Shown here: piece after piece, positions 39,360 to 54,408 of the stretch
Position numbering within the stretch: the first letter of the stretch is position 1
How the letters are laid out: every line of letters starts with the position of its first letter
Assembly (NCBI GenBank): GCA_951406725.2
Contig: OX597835.1
Span: forward strand, 12,028,001 to 12,092,000
Direction of reading: 5' to 3'
Origin: Octopus vulgaris
Lineage: Eukaryota
DNA: 64,000 bases
Made by a program: the position numbers and the translations under genes
Notes under the pieces: model-generated
Databases searched by the model: none
The model's input: the letters and a program-made list of their open reading frames with translations, nothing else
Told to the model about the DNA's origin: nothing

Positions 39360-39580
39360 AGCCCAAGAAATCAACACGCAGTTAAAAGCTTGCGAAACGG
39401 AGTTTATTTTAACGAGATACCTCTTGAACATCACCCGAGAAGACACATCTGCACCGAGGTGATGCACCTCAGTTGTATAGTATCCCACCCACAAGAGATC
39501 GATGCAGGATGGGTCGAAATGATTGTAGTGATATATAAAGATTTTCATATTTTTCATCTTCCGTCTCTCTCTTTATTTTG
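39360..39580 (+). pseudogene. Possible decayed RTE-like LINE C-terminal fragment
   Basis: TQLKACET..LTRYLLNITRED weakly resembles the RTE post-RT region. Confidence 0.3.
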
Positions 39581-39640
39581 CATACCCGACGAACACTGAG
39601 AGATTTCTGAAACAGATCCTGTGACATTTATAATAATACC

Positions 39641-40068
39641 GCAGGAGTGGCTGTGTGGTAAGTAGCTTGCTAACCAACCTCATGGTTCCGGGTTCAGTCC
39701 CACTGCGTGGCACCTTGGGCAAGTGTCTTCTGCTATAGCCCCGGGCCGCCCAATGCCTTGTGAGTGGATTTGGTAGACGGAAACTGAAAGAAGCCTGTCG
39801 TATATATGTATATATATATATATATATATGCGTGGGTGTGTTTGTGTGTCTGTGTTTGTCCCCCTAGCATTGCTTGACAACCGATGCTGGTGTGTTTACG
39901 TCCCCGTCACTTAGCGGTTCGGCAAAAAGAGACCGATAGAATAAGTACTGGCCTTACAAAGAATAAGTCCCGGGGTCGGTTTGCTCGACTGACTAAAGGC
40001 GGTGCTCCAGCATGGCCGCAGTCAAATGGCTGAAACAAGTAAAAGAGTAAAAGAGAGAAAGAGAGAGA
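39641..40068 (+). mobile_element. SINE family A, full length
   Basis: Head GCAGGAGTGGCTGTGTGGTAAG...GGTTCAGTCCC, body and (GTAAAAGA)n/GA tail. Confidence 0.9.
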
Positions 40069-40382
40069 TGACTTCAACCAGCCATAGGCCGTCTACCGGC
40101 AAACTACCAGGTTTATAGCATATGTTTAATTAACTACTTTCTATATAATGTATGTAATAAAGATTGCTTTAAAAGCCAACACAATGCAAATCTTCGGAAT
40201 TTTATCTCCGAACTCCGAAATATTGAAATATAAATTAAAGTTTAACCGAACGTTTTACATTTCCTGCTTCTCATTTGAGTCAGTTATTTCCGAATGGCAT
40301 CGTATTTGCTTTAAGAAGTAATTTTAACACCTCCATTGCACACTTTTTCAATAAAACTGTACTACACTAATATATATATATA

Positions 40383-40455
<73 letters not shown>

Positions 40456-40633
40456 ATATATATACGTTTATATATTTGTTTTGCAAGATTCTTGATGTGA
40501 AATCGTATGTTGAAATAGATGTTGTTGTATTTAGGAATGGTCATGATGCCAGTTTAGCCAATAAATACAAAATACAAAATGGCTGACTGTTAGTAAGGAG
40601 AGACACACAAATAAGAAAGAAGAAAGCAAAGGA

Positions 40634-40673
40634 CCACTGATGAGGTCACAGAAGTGCGACGAAAGAACTCTGG
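40634..40673 (+). ncRNA. Minimal type-I hammerhead motif in an inverted-end element, ~40480-40795
   Basis: CCA-CUGAUGA-G-GUCAC AGAA GUGCGAC-GAAA-GAACU-C-UGG. ~43-bp inverted repeats at 40523-40565 and 40753-40795. Confidence 0.7.
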
Positions 40674-40792
40674 CTGAAATAAGATTAAGATTAATGTAAA
40701 AAATAAATAAAGCTGAAGCAAATTAACACCAATAATATAGAGTGCGTGTCTTTTTATTGGCTAAACTGGCAACATGACCATTGCTAAATACA

Positions 40793-40919
<127 letters not shown>

Positions 40920-41139
40920 TGTATAAACATACATATATATATATGAAGAAGAAAAACGTTTATAATTATGAACAAGTCACAATTATAACTAAGAGAGTTA
41001 AAAAAAAAACCTTACATGTTAAAAGCATCAACCAAAAACACTATAAAACCATTATTTATTCATATCAATTCTCCTCACGATAAAAACTGTCCTCGAGCGA
41101 CGTGGAAATTAGAATCCACAATGTGAAAATAATTGGTGA

Positions 41140-41204
41140 ATTCCCTATTGCTATTTCGGCGTTGGTGACCACTTAAGGGACCCATTCGCCTCGTCAGGGG
41201 GAAT
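41140..41204 (-). ncRNA. Type-I hammerhead motif in an inverted-end element, 40945-41500
   Basis: AUUCCCC-CUGACGA-GGCG(25 nt)CGCC-GAAA-UAGCAAU-A-GGGAAU. Confidence 0.8.
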
Positions 41205-41597
41205 AGTACGATAGATAGAAATCAAAAGATGACTTTACCTTGAGGGATAGCATGAATCCCGACTGGCAATAGAAATGTTTCAACCTCTATCTACACAATC
41301 AAGTTTTGAATTCAAATGCCATGCACAGCGTTTATGTGAAAATCTCGAGACTACCCTCTTAGTTATAATTCTGGCTTGTTCATAATTATAAACGTTTTTC
41401 TTCTTTATATTTTATAACATGTTTGGCCATTGATATATTCATAAATAATCTTTATTTATAATATATCAATCGTAATGTTTCTATATTACTCTCTACTTAG
41501 ATATATATGTGTGTTGTGTGAGTGCATATATATACTCCTCTTCCTCTCCCCTTCTTTCTGGCTTTTCATCTTTCTCAGTCCCTCTATGCTTTTCTCT

Positions 41598-41635
41598 TTC
41601 TCCTGATGAAGGGCTAGAGTTCGAAATGCCAAGTA
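41598..41635 (+). ncRNA. Decayed hammerhead motif in element ~41535-41725 (relative of the 586 and 14901 elements)
   Basis: CUGAUGA-A-GGGC UAGA GUUC-GAAA-UGCC; helix III and stem I eroded. Confidence 0.5.
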
Positions 41636-41757
41636 ACTTTCTTTTTCCATTAAAGCATTAATACTGAACTTGTCATACCTTGACCATTTGGGACGTCTTT
41701 TTATTGATCATTGTATTTACCCTATATAGATATATATATACGTATATACATGCATAC

Positions 41758-42341
41758 GTGACACTCATAATAAAAAGGAGTACTGGTGGAATGTCCAATT
41801 GAATACCTCAGTAAAATGTAAACACAATAGACCTGATATAGTGATTAGGGATTAAGAAGAGAAACTGTGTAAAGTTTTGGAAATCAGCTGTCGAGTGGAT
41901 GTTAACATAAAGCTGATGAGTGAAGAAGTGAATACCTACGCTGAACTATTGATAAATCTGCAGTTACTATATCCAGATTACAAGTTCAGGTTTATATCTG
42001 TAATTATTGGTGCACTGGGATGTGTAACACACAGCATAAATAAAAGTCTTGAGAAATTAGGCTTCTCAAAACCAGAAAGGGGACAGCTGATTCGAAGACT
42101 ACAACCCATCAGTGGAACTGTAAAAATCTTTAGAAATTTCCAGAAGTTTATCATTTATATATGAGCATGCAACTATATGCGTGAGAATACATACAGAAAA
42201 TAAAACATACAAATCTACACATATACATATTTTATAACATGTTTGGCCATTGATATATTCATAAATAATCTTAATTATTTATAATATATCCTTCGTAATG
42301 TTTCTATATTACTCTCTACTTACATATATATGTGTGTTGTG

Positions 42342-42432
<91 letters not shown>

Positions 42433-42646
42433 TCCTCTTCCTCTCCTCTTCTTTCTGACTTTTCATCTTTCTCAGTCCCTCCTTTCTCCTGTATGTATGT
42501 ATATGTCTTGTTTGCAAGACATATACATACATTGAAAAATATATTGGTGCTGGTGTTGAAATTCCAATGAAGGACCCTTAGATCTAGGTTAGAAACCGAT
42601 TCTTTCTCTATTGGCAAGAAATCTTGAAATAAAACTGAATAATGAC
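41758..42646 (+). mobile_element. 5'-truncated, decayed R4/Dong-like RLE LINE (second family)
   Basis: YWWNVQLNTSVKCKHNRPDIVI...EISCRVD.N...Y.EL...VIIGALG. 3' end AAATAAAACTGAATAATGAC. TSD ATACATGCATAC at 41746-41757 and 42647-42658. Confidence 0.8.
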
Positions 42647-44399
42647 ATACATGCATACATGTATACACATTCATAAATACAACCGTGCGCGCGTGGATAT
42701 GTACATACCCAGGTTTTGTCTTCTACAGTATAAACTCTTCTGTCAATTTCTACCTTCAACTCATCTTCCTTTTCCGGTTTCTTTCCTTTTTGTAACACGC
42801 CCCCACCCTTAGTTTATTCATTTATTTCTTTATTTAGTATAGTTGTTCTTGGGAGGATGGAATAACAACATATTCTATGTTAGATCATCCTCAGGCTACA
42901 AAGACAAATGCCTGGAAAAATAGAGTAGATTCTTTTGCAGAATGAGATTTTCCTTCCTCAGAATCAGTAAGAAAAAAAAAACATTAAATCTTCATTACAT
43001 TGTCACAAGTGATTGATGATAAAAGTGAAGATAAAACTGTGTGTGTCAGCGTCAACTGCAATTTATAGATGACTTTCTTCTTGCATACTGCTTTTCATTC
43101 GGAAGAAATATACTCGCGATCGTTTTTCGCTAATCGGAAATGTAGTTTTTGTATCCCAGCCAAAATAATGTGAACACCTTCAGAGTGTTAAAAACGGTTC
43201 ACATCCAACAATCTCTATTTCAGTCTGTGTCCTCAGTGAGTGACTTCAAAATAAAGTTCAACTCCTAATTTTGAGATTGTTTTATCTATTTTGGTTTATC
43301 AAAAGACGTAGCATATTGTTTAATGTTTTGCAAAATGCAGAGTAGTGGTTGAAAGAAAATTGAAGTTACGTAGTAGCATTCATTTGTGCGTATGTGTGTG
43401 TTTTGAGGAGTGTTTTGAGTGCCAGAAAGTAAACCAGAAACCAATATTTAACTGAGGCATCAGAGTTTTCTACGACAATATCTTCAGCAAAGTATTTCAT
43501 CAACGAAGAATATCAACAGATTAAACATCTATAAACAATATGGCAGTATAATAAAGAGGTTCTGTAACATCCATATATTTCTCAGGATTATTCAAAGACA
43601 GGAATGTGTAAAATTACTTAAGCCCAAATTCAAAGATTTCTGAAGATCTGGTTGGTGATGTTTGTCAGGTGATTCCTTCTTTCTCCAAAAGACTTCACCA
43701 TTTATCAGATACGAATACAATAAATGATATAGGACTGCTGGATAATTTATCGAATTTCTGATTTTATCTGGGATGATTCTGTAAACCAAAGAAAATTAAT
43801 GCAAGGTTTCTCTAACATTTTATGCAATTGGCGATTTATATTTATCGAAAGCAAAACGAAATAAATGAGAAAAAAAATATATATATATATTTTGGGAAGC
43901 GCATGGAGTTTATCAAATTGATATGTTCACTCGAAAACTTTTCAAAATTTCCAAACGAAATAACAGAAGGCAAAAATAAACCAAAAATAGATGAAATATA
44001 ACAGGAAATGACATAAGTGCTACTTTCTTCCATTTGATGTGGCTTATGGTTCTAAGGATTCTGTGTTGAGATTTCGATATTTTTATTCTTTATTTAACTT
44101 CGATGTGTCCATGTAATATTAAAATATAGTCATGCTTTTAACAAAGATGAATGTAGAAAGAAGAAGGTTGATTCTCGTTATGAATAGAAGAAAGAAAAGG
44201 TTAGAAAAGTCCAAAATAAAAAATATAGTTAATGGGATAATGGGCTGACTATGTTGTAGTTGCAGCAAGAAGTAGAGAATAGGAATAAAGAATGACTCTT
44301 TGGAATGGCAAATTCTAAGTATAAATGTTAAAACAGCCTTAGGGATGCTGGCAGAAATAAGTAAATTAGCTACCGATACGGAAACCATGTTTGTTTACA

Positions 44400-44436
44400 G
44401 TCGCACATGGCCACACATACACGCACACACAGAGAT

Positions 44437-44467
<31 letters not shown>

Positions 44468-44651
44468 CACATATACATAGACAGCACACACACACACACA
44501 TATGCACAGGTATATATGCACAGTCACGCACTCATACACATGGACACACATGGTCACGCAGGGACACGACTCTAGTTAAAAGAAACTTGGATGCACACAC
44601 GTATAGATGCATGCAAGCATATTCACATACACACTTTAATAAACATAAAAT

Positions 44652-44687
<36 letters not shown>

Positions 44688-44971
44688 ACGCATTATCAAT
44701 ATATTCACGTGTGTTCAAGAACAAACGATATCTACACAAACAGACACATATAGACACACACATACTCACACATGCAAGCACATATAGACACACACACACA
44801 CATGCACACATACAAGCACATATACACACGCACAGTCAAACTTGAACTTCCTCTTATAGAAATAATGATGCACACACATACGAATACACATAAAGACGCG
44901 CAGATACACACACACATAAATACATACATACATACATATGCAAACATACATACACAAATACATACATTCAT

Positions 44972-45004
<33 letters not shown>

Positions 45005-45310
45005 CATTCATACATACATACACATACAAACACACATACATACACACATACATACACACACATACACACATACAAACATACATACACACATACACACATA
45101 TACAAACACACATACAAACATACATACACACATACATACATACAAACATACATACACACATGCATACATACATACAAACATACATACATACATACATACA
45201 TACATACATACACACATACATACATACATACATACACACATACATACATACACACATACATACATACATACACGCGCATACATATATGCGCGCCCATACG
45301 CACACACGGA
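44400..45310. repeat. (CA)n/(TACA)n degenerate microsatellite field
   Basis: Seen directly. Confidence 0.9.
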
Positions 45311-45979
45311 ACCAAACCAAACCCAAAATAAAAACTGAACATAATTCAGAGAGAAGAGGATACTTCAGAAATCACAAAGAATAAAAACAACAGACATATT
45401 AAAACATTAAAACAGCAACGAGAACAACTGTCTTCATCTAATAACAATGACTTTCATTTTTATATTTTCTCCGTTTATTTTTTCATTTCATTTTTTCATT
45501 TTCGAGGGTTTTTCTCTCTTGTGAAAATATCATGTTTAGATTAGCGAATGTCTCTTTGGAGAAAATTCCACTTATTTCCTTTTGAAGCGCGTGTATAAAG
45601 ACAAATGCCAGTTACTATCATCCAAAAATATTACTATTCAAAAAGTATTCTGGTCCATTTTCTTTATGATTTTTCCTTGTTTGTTTTTAAATATCTTTTT
45701 CTTTATATTTCGCTATTTTTGTAGTATATGTTATCCCTTCTTTAATATGGATTTTTTTTTTACATCTAACTTCCTGCGTAACCTCAAGTTTTTACAGGAA
45801 AAACTACGTTAGTGTGAAGACCAAGTCTGAATGTTTAGTCTGGGAATAGATAAAAATAGGATCTGTACAATATACAACATATTTGAAATACATATCTCGC
45901 GAAATACATACGTATAAATAGATGTTTACACCCGTTACATTCTACTCCTTGTCTTCTGCGTTGTTCTATTGATAATTTT

Positions 45980-46006
45980 CATTATTATTATTATTATTAT
46001 TATAAG

Positions 46007-46039
<33 letters not shown>

Positions 46040-46106
46040 TATTATTATTATTTTTTTTTCTTCTTTCAAATTTGCTTCCATTTCTTGCCGAGTGTCTTCC
46101 CGACTC

Positions 46107-46173
<67 letters not shown>

Positions 46174-46192
46174 CATTATTATTATTATTATT

Positions 46193-46272
<80 letters not shown>

Positions 46273-46315
46273 CATTATTATCATCATCATCATCATTATT
46301 ATTATTATTATTATT

Positions 46316-46407
<92 letters not shown>

Positions 46408-46456
46408 CATCATCATCATCATCATCATTATTATTATTATCATTATTATTATTATT

Positions 46457-46488
<32 letters not shown>

Positions 46489-46525
46489 TATTATTGTTGT
46501 TGTTGTTTTTGGTGTTGGTGTTGTC
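45980..46525. repeat. Alternating (ATT)n/(ATC)n tract
   Basis: Seen directly. Confidence 0.95.
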
Positions 46526-46858
46526 GTTTCTCTTACGCTTCTTTTACGCTTCTTACCCCCCCCCCCCACCGTCCATTTTCTTCTTCTTCTTCCATCTAAT
46601 GTAGCTGTTGTATTATTATGACTAGTTCAAAAGGCAATAAATCTTAGTGCAAAGTCGATAACAAATGACAATGGTATAATTCACTCAGCTCGAATATACA
46701 TAACTGCTTTTGATAATTCTATTATCATCCGACAACCATTTTGCATTTTGGCTCTTCTCAATGGATTATAAATATATATATACATATACACTCATACATA
46801 TAAACACATATAAATGTACATACATATAGATATATAGATATATAAATAAACGTATGTA

Positions 46859-46976
<118 letters not shown>

Positions 46977-46991
46977 TGCATGTATTTATTT

Positions 46992-47035
<44 letters not shown>

Positions 47036-47220
47036 TATATAAAGCAATGAGCATGTGAGTCCAACTCCACATTTCATGGTTGAATATTCTTTATTTGTGA
47101 TTATGTGTGTGTGCAGGCATCTGTGTGTGGGTGCATGTATGGGTGTGGGCGTATGTGTCTTTGTGTGTGTGTGTGTTATTTGATTCTTTTTTAATGTATT
47201 CTTATATATATACAATGGAA

Positions 47221-47555
47221 GGCGCATGGCTCAGTGGTTAGAGCGTCGAGCTTACGATCGTGAGGTTGTGAGTTCGATCCCTGGACCGGGCTGCGTGTTG
47301 TGTTCTTGAGCAAGACTCTTTATTTCACGTTGCTCCTGTTCACTCATCTGTAGAAATGAGTTGCAATGTCACTGGTGCCAAGCTGTATCGGCCTTTGCCT
47401 TTCCCTTTGCTAACATCGGTGGCATGGAGAGCGGAGGCCGGTATGCATGGGCGACTGCTGGTCTTCTATAAACAACCTTCCCCGGACTTGTGCCTCGGGG
47501 GGTAATTTTGTAGGTGCAATCCCATAGTCATTTATGACCGAAGGGGGTCACAACA
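47221..47555 (+). mobile_element. SINE family D (tRNA head GGCGCATGGCTCAGTGGTTAGAGC...GAGTTCGATCC)
   Basis: TSD ATATACAATGGAA at 47208-47220 and 47556-47568; second copy at 51678. Confidence 0.9.
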
Positions 47556-47793
47556 ATATACAATGGAATACTAGCTGAAGACGGGGCACTCAAAACATTT
47601 TAGGAGAGACGCACGTTTTGAGTATCTTGATAAAGGTAACTAAACAGAAACTTCGAAGTCACTATCAAATTTTTGTCTTGTTAAAATAATATATATATGT
47701 AAATGTATATGTAATGTATACGCACACACACACACACATATATGTACATGCGTATAGATATATATTTGTGCATGTAAGGATGCATGTATATAT

Positions 47794-48132
47794 GCTAACC
47801 AACCACACGGTTGCGGGTTCAGTCCCACTGCGTGGCATCTTGGGCAAGTGTCTTCTGCTATAGCCCCGGGCCGTCCAATGCCTTGTGAGTGGATTTGGTA
47901 GACGGAAACTGAAAGAAGCCTGTCGTATATATGTATATATATATGTATGCGTGTGTTTGTGTGTCTGTGTTTGTCCCCCTAGCATTGCTTGACAACCGAT
48001 GCTGGTATGTTTAGGTCCCCGACAATTAGCGGTTCGGCAAAAAGAGACCGATAGAATAAGTACTAAAAGGTGGTGCTCCAGCATGGCCGCAGTCAAATGA
48101 CTGAAACAAGTAAAAGAGTAAAGAGTAAAGAG
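47794..48132 (+). mobile_element. SINE family A, 5'-truncated with internal deletion
   Basis: Colinear with 39641-40068. Confidence 0.85.
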
Positions 48133-48434
48133 TATATATGTTTGTGTATATATGATGTGAATATACGTTCGATGGTTCAAACTGACCCACATTCGATATT
48201 AAGTAGAAATCTTCAAGAATGATGAAAGCCATAGCGTTCTTCATCTCGAGTAGGAAATATAAAGAAATAGAAGAAAATAAGAAGAACCGAGAAAAGCATC
48301 AATGGAAGCATTAGTGATTCTGATATTGATGGAAAAAAAAGTTTCGAGGGGACATTATGCTCCTACAATTATTGACAAAATAAAATACTTATAAAAATAG
48401 CAATACAAGAATTAATATTCTTTCTAAAGTTAAA

Positions 48435-48826
48435 GCGGCGAGCTGGCAGAAACGTTAGCACACCGGGCGAAATGCTGTCTTTACGTTCTGACTTCAAATT
48501 CCGCCGAGGTCGAGTTTGCCTTTCATCCTTTCGGGGTCGATTAAATAAGTACCAGTTACGCACTGGGGTCCATATAATCGACTTAATCCGTTTGTCTGTC
48601 CTTGTTTGTCCTCTCTGTGTTTAGCCCCTTGTGGGTAGTAAAGAAATAGGTATTTTGTCTGTCTTTATGTTCTGAGCTCAAATTCCGGCGAGGTCGACTT
48701 TGTCTTTCAACCTTTTGGGGGTCGATAAATTAAGTACCAGTTGCGTATTGGGGTCGATCTAATCGACTGCTCACCCCATCCTCCCAAAAAAATTCGGGCC
48801 TTGTGCCTAGAGTAGAAAAGAATATC
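48435..48826 (+). mobile_element. SINE family B dimer (second unit has the alternative tail)
   Basis: Head + unit + GAAATAGGTATTT junction + unit ending GGCCTTGTGCCTAGAGTAGAAAAG. Confidence 0.85.
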
Positions 48827-48855
48827 TATCGTGTAGGGACAGTAAAAGCTCATAT

Positions 48856-48950
48856 ATTAACCGAAAGGTTGAAAGACAAAGTCGACCTCGGTGGAATTTG
48901 AGTTCAGAACGTGAGGACAGACGAAACACCGCTAAGCATTTCGCCCGGCA
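48856..48950 (-). mobile_element. SINE family B fragment
   Basis: AAAGTCGACCTCGGTGGAATTTGAGTTCAGAACG...GCATTTCGCCCGGC. Confidence 0.75.
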
Positions 48951-50332
48951 TACTTACATGATAGATATTACGACAATTTAGTGTACCTCAAATTTACGCT
49001 GATTTCTCCCTGACCTCTCAAATTAGGATACTAATTATTTAATTATCATTATCGTTATTAATTCTCTTTTAATTTTTTCGATATTTTTCAGGAATTGGAG
49101 GAGCTTTTGTGATTTCTTGCTTAATAGAAATTCCATCGCCAGTTTGTTAATGTGCTGTAACAAAATGGAATTCAACGATAGTTCACGGATGAAATTTTAC
49201 ATCGGGTCTACATAGGATAATTTAAGATTTTACTTTACTTGCATAAGTATTCATTGGCCAAAACAGGAAACTTCATAACGTACGTTCGATACATATTTGG
49301 TAATTATGGCAAAAATACTAAGAGTACTTTTAATATAGAATGGCCCACCTTTCCCTATCGCACCAGCTTAAACTCACGAAGTCGATTTGTTATCATTTAA
49401 CAGCAAAGAGTACATTACGGCAGAACAAAAACAACTTAAGTTCTTTAAATGACATGATGAATAATTGTTTACGAAAATAGGAAAAGCTTGCTCTGTAATT
49501 TTCCTATGGTAGACCTGCCATAGGAAAATTCACAAGAATTTTCGGACCGTTTCCAAATTAATCATTGATTTTGCTCAGCTATTTACATTCTGTTTACCTA
49601 TTTCTTCCGAATCGGTCGAGTTGCAAATTGTTTTTGACCGTTTAACATAGTCTTAGGAACTAATATTCATTTTCGAACACGTTTTAACAATCAACGATAT
49701 TTTCTCTTAAGAATACCGTAGTTTTCTTTTTTTTTTTTCCTCCTTATTCGGCCATTCAACTGTTATTTGTTTCTTACTTTCTATTGTTCTTTCTTTCTTT
49801 CTTTGCATCTTTCTTCTTATTTCACGTTGTAGTATTTGAGCGTGGATGACGTCCTATGAATTGTTTGAGATATCTTCAATTTATATGACTAAATTGCATC
49901 GTTATTTTTATCTATTTATATAAACACAAAAGTACGTTTCTCCTTTTATATAAACAATTAAATATTTCTATTTATTCAAAGTTATTTTTGCACACATCCA
50001 TTCAATCAAATACTTCCTTATGTTTTCATTTTCTGAATAAGCACAGCTGAAATCCTAAAATCCAACCTTGTATTTAATTTCCTCTGACCGACAAAACTAG
50101 TATGACTCATGAAGCACATTCGATTATGTTCCTTCGTGTCCATTATAATTGGTTAGCTTTATGCAAATGCTTGGCATTATCATTAGTGTGCTCCATACGT
50201 TAAAGGTTCCAGAATCCATAACTGAAGACAACGCGAAGAATCGAAACTGGTTGTTCGAACGTGTTGTGTAAGAAGCTACCTCATCTCCCTCTTACTGACC
50301 GACTGTCGAGATGTGTATATACCGCGGATAGT

Positions 50333-50714
50333 GGAGGCGCAATGGCCCAGTGGTTAGGGCAGCGGACTCGCGGTCATAGGATCGCGGTTTCGATGCCCAG
50401 ACCAGGCGTTGTGAGTGTTTATTGAGCGAAAACACCTAAAGCTCCACGAGGCTCCGGCAGGGGATGGTGGTGATCCCTGCTGTACTCTTTCACCACAACT
50501 TTCTCTCACTCTTACTTCCTGTTTCTGTTGTACCTGTATTTCAAGGGGCCGGCCTTGTCACTCTCTGTGTCACGCTGAATATCCCCGAGAACTACGTTAA
50601 GGGTACACGTGTCTGTGGAGTGCTCAGCCACTTACACGTTAATTTCACGAGCAGGCTGTTCCGTTGATTCGGATCAACCGGAACCCTCATCGTCGTAACC
50701 GACGGAGTGCTTCC
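50333..50714 (+). mobile_element. SINE family C
   Basis: TSD TATACCGCGGAT at 50318-50329 and 50717-50728. Confidence 0.9.
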
Positions 50715-51290
50715 CCTATACCGCGGATTATGTTTTACCATTTATGGCATTAAATAATAAAAGCAAGCAAGTTTATAGAAGGTGCAATTTATGAATACAT
50801 GATGTAAATTTGACGAGGTATATTTTTCTTAAAAAGAAAAAGATTAATGACCTGAGATAATCTATTTTACCTGATGTGTCCCTTCCCACCTGTGTACTTT
50901 AAATTGTTTTCGAAAACGTAATTTGCCTGAACGAACGAGAAAAAGCAGGAAATTTGAGTACTAGCTGGGGAAACCACTAAATGCTTGTATGTGCGAAGTT
51001 TTGGGGGTGGGGGTGGGTTCTGTATTCATAAGAAAAACTAACACTTCAAACATACATGGCCAATTTTATTCTCTGCAAAATACATCAGCTTTTAAAGCAT
51101 TCATCGAAAGGAAATGGAAATGATTCTCAAGCGAAAAGTAGAATAAATTCACAAGATGTCAATATGATTGCGCTCGTATATCATCGACTTCCTGTCTTTC
51201 TGCAGGAAAATGCGTCAATGTAAACGGAGCTAAAGTGAACCTAAAACATAGCAAGAGAAAGAAATGGTATGAATAAACTAACTTTCTGAT

Positions 51291-51340
<50 letters not shown>

Positions 51341-51472
51341 GTGCGTGTGTGTGTGTACACTGGATAAAGATAAATGTCACAGTTAGCCTCAACTGAATAT
51401 TTCAGATCGTCTCTAAGTGCAACATCATTAAAATTATTATGACGGTATTTTTGTCTTCAACTTATGTGTACA

Positions 51473-51556
<84 letters not shown>

Positions 51557-51606
51557 TATATATACATACATACATACATACATACATACATACATACATA
51601 CATACA

Positions 51607-51637
<31 letters not shown>

Positions 51638-51677
51638 GCGTGCATGATTGTATGTGTGTGTGTTTGTGTGTATGTAT

Positions 51678-51980
51678 GAAGGCGCATGGCTCAGTGGTTA
51701 GAGCGTCGAGTTTACGATCATGAGGCTGTGAGTTCGAATCCCGGACCGGGCTGAATGTTGTGTTCTTTAGCAAGACGCTTTATTTCACGTTGCTCCAGTT
51801 CACTCAGCTGTAGAAATGAGTTGCGACGTCACAGGAGCCAAGCTGTATCGGCCCCTTTGCCTTTCCCTTGGATAACACCGGTGGCATGGAGAGGGGAGGC
51901 CGGTATGCATGGGCGACTGCTGGTATTCCACAAAAACAACCTTGCCCGGACTTGTACCTGGAAGGGTAGGTTTTTAAGAT
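51678..51980 (+). mobile_element. SINE family D, 3'-truncated
   Basis: Colinear with the 47221 copy. Confidence 0.85.
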
Positions 51981-52134
51981 AAAGAAAATTCTATAACATC
52001 TTTAATTATAAGTTAGAAATGTTTCCGTACCATTTCTATTTGCAACGCCAGTTTATGCGAAAATTCTATACGAAAAATCGCGTAATATTTGTGGTTTTAG
52101 ACATTAGAGAGTCATCAAAGATGTGTTATTACAT

Positions 52135-52170
<36 letters not shown>

Positions 52171-52178
52171 CTTGTATG

Positions 52179-52211
<33 letters not shown>

Positions 52212-52242
52212 CTATATATATATATATATACACGCACACACT

Positions 52243-52275
<33 letters not shown>

Positions 52276-52514
52276 ATACCAACATATGTGTTTGCGTGTG
52301 TGTTTGTGTGTGAGTGTGTGTGTGTATGTGAGTATGTGTGAGTGTGAAAAAATGAATAGAAATAACTTTTCACATAATTTTTCACTTAAATAAATAGATG
52401 TTCATAAACATCTAATTATTAAAATGGAAAAATTATCAGAAAAACCATTTCTATTATCTTTTTATCTTTTCAAATATATAATATTGTGCCAAGGACTTTC
52501 AACTTCTTATTCGG

Positions 52515-52932
<418 letters not shown>

Positions 52933-53222
52933 TGGAAAGTAATGTATAAACGTTACGGATGGTATATTATAGATAATAAGATTATTTATGAAAATGCCAA
53001 GTGGCAAAACATGTTATCATAAAATACAAAGAAGAAAAACGTTTATGATTATGAACAAGTCACAATTATAACCAAGAGGGTTAAAAAGACCCTTACATGT
53101 TAAAAATAGCAGCCAAAACCGCAATAAACCTGTTATATCACTCATAATATTTCTCCACACGATAAAAACTCTCTTCGGTTGACAGAGAAATTAGTATCTA
53201 TAACTTGAAAATAACTGGCTAA

Positions 53223-53284
53223 TTCCCTATTGCAATTTCGACGTTAGAGACCTCTTAAGGGACCCATTCGTCTCATCAGGGAAA
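53223..53284 (-). ncRNA. Type-I hammerhead motif in element 52929-53310 (same family as 40945-41500)
   Basis: UUUCC-CUGAUGA-GACG(25 nt)CGUC-GAAA-UUGCAAU-A-GGGAA; canonical core and palindromic AUUGCAAU helix III. Confidence 0.85.
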
Positions 53285-54408
53285 ATATTCCTATAGATAG
53301 AAATCAAAATAAGAAGGGAAGGCGGAAGAGACGGAGAATGGAGAGAAGGAGAAAGAAGAGAAAGACAAGGAGGTAGAAGGAGGAAGAAAAGAATGGGAGA
53401 AAGAGAAGAAAACGAATGAGAATGCAAGAATAATAACGCAAGGAAACGAAGAGAGATAAAAATAGTTTTTAAAAAAAAAGAGAAAAGGAGGGAGATGAGA
53501 GGGAGGAAGTGAGTGTAATAAGAAAATTTTTCTGAAGAAAAGGAAGTGTAAGAAAGGAGTAGAAAATGAATTGAAGTTTAGTATTTAATACCCAACAACT
53601 CCCAGATGGAGCCTCCAAATTAGCGCCATTTCTGCTGTTTTACAATACCCGGACGCTGCATATCGCTGGTTTGTCGTCATTTTCTTTAGAGAAGACCAAG
53701 CTGCTAGACAGGTAGATTTCCCTATGGCTGAAGACATGATGTCTCTACTACTTTGGTTCTCACAAACATTAGAACCGTAATCCAATGAATTCAGTTGAGT
53801 ATAGAAACATTATAAAACGCTTTGGTTGTTGTTGATTGGAAATTTTTTTGCGAAATACTGTCGTGTCAATTCCCAATAACATTCAGAAAGTAAATTACGA
53901 TTGGTGATATGACTTATGTTATATAACAAACTATTTAAAACAAGCGAGAAATAGCGCTGAGTACAGCTGGTGTTTCCAATAGTAATTAGATTGCGCAGCA
54001 TTTTATTCTTACAAGCATAGCACAATGTCGAAAATTTCCCGCTATGCCGAATTGTTGAAAACAATGTTAAATTGTCGAAAACAATATATTAAATTATCGA
54101 TAATCAATGTGTTAAATAGTTGTCAAAAAATTCTCTACTAATTCTTCATAAACCTACTTCCGCTAGGTTACAGATCGAAATGAATATTACAAAAATTCAA
54201 TATTTGCGTCGCTTCTTTGCAGAGTGTCGCTGAATAAAGGAGTGACCTTTAAGTTGAGGTGGCGAGACAGTTTCAATCTTTTGTTGCCATCGATACCAAT
54301 CACTCTTTCAAATATCTTCAACGCCACGTTTGTTACCATTTGCATTTCTTTCATTCTATAAGTTTCTAAGAAATTGACCACAAGAGAACCAATTTTTTTT
54401 TTTTTTGA

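Noticed and set aside
42561-42602. CCAATGAAGGACC...GGTTAGAAACCG hairpin in the LINE 3' UTR
   Set aside because: Core too divergent for a hammerhead; probably a 3'-UTR stem-loop.
47221-47292. tRNA-like sequences at the heads of 47221, 51680, 11908, 50333 and 39641
   Set aside because: Each continues into a SINE body, several with TSDs, and the cloverleaf is imperfect; not called as tRNA genes.
50218-50258. CTGAAGA...GAAACTGGTT motif
   Set aside because: No credible stem II.
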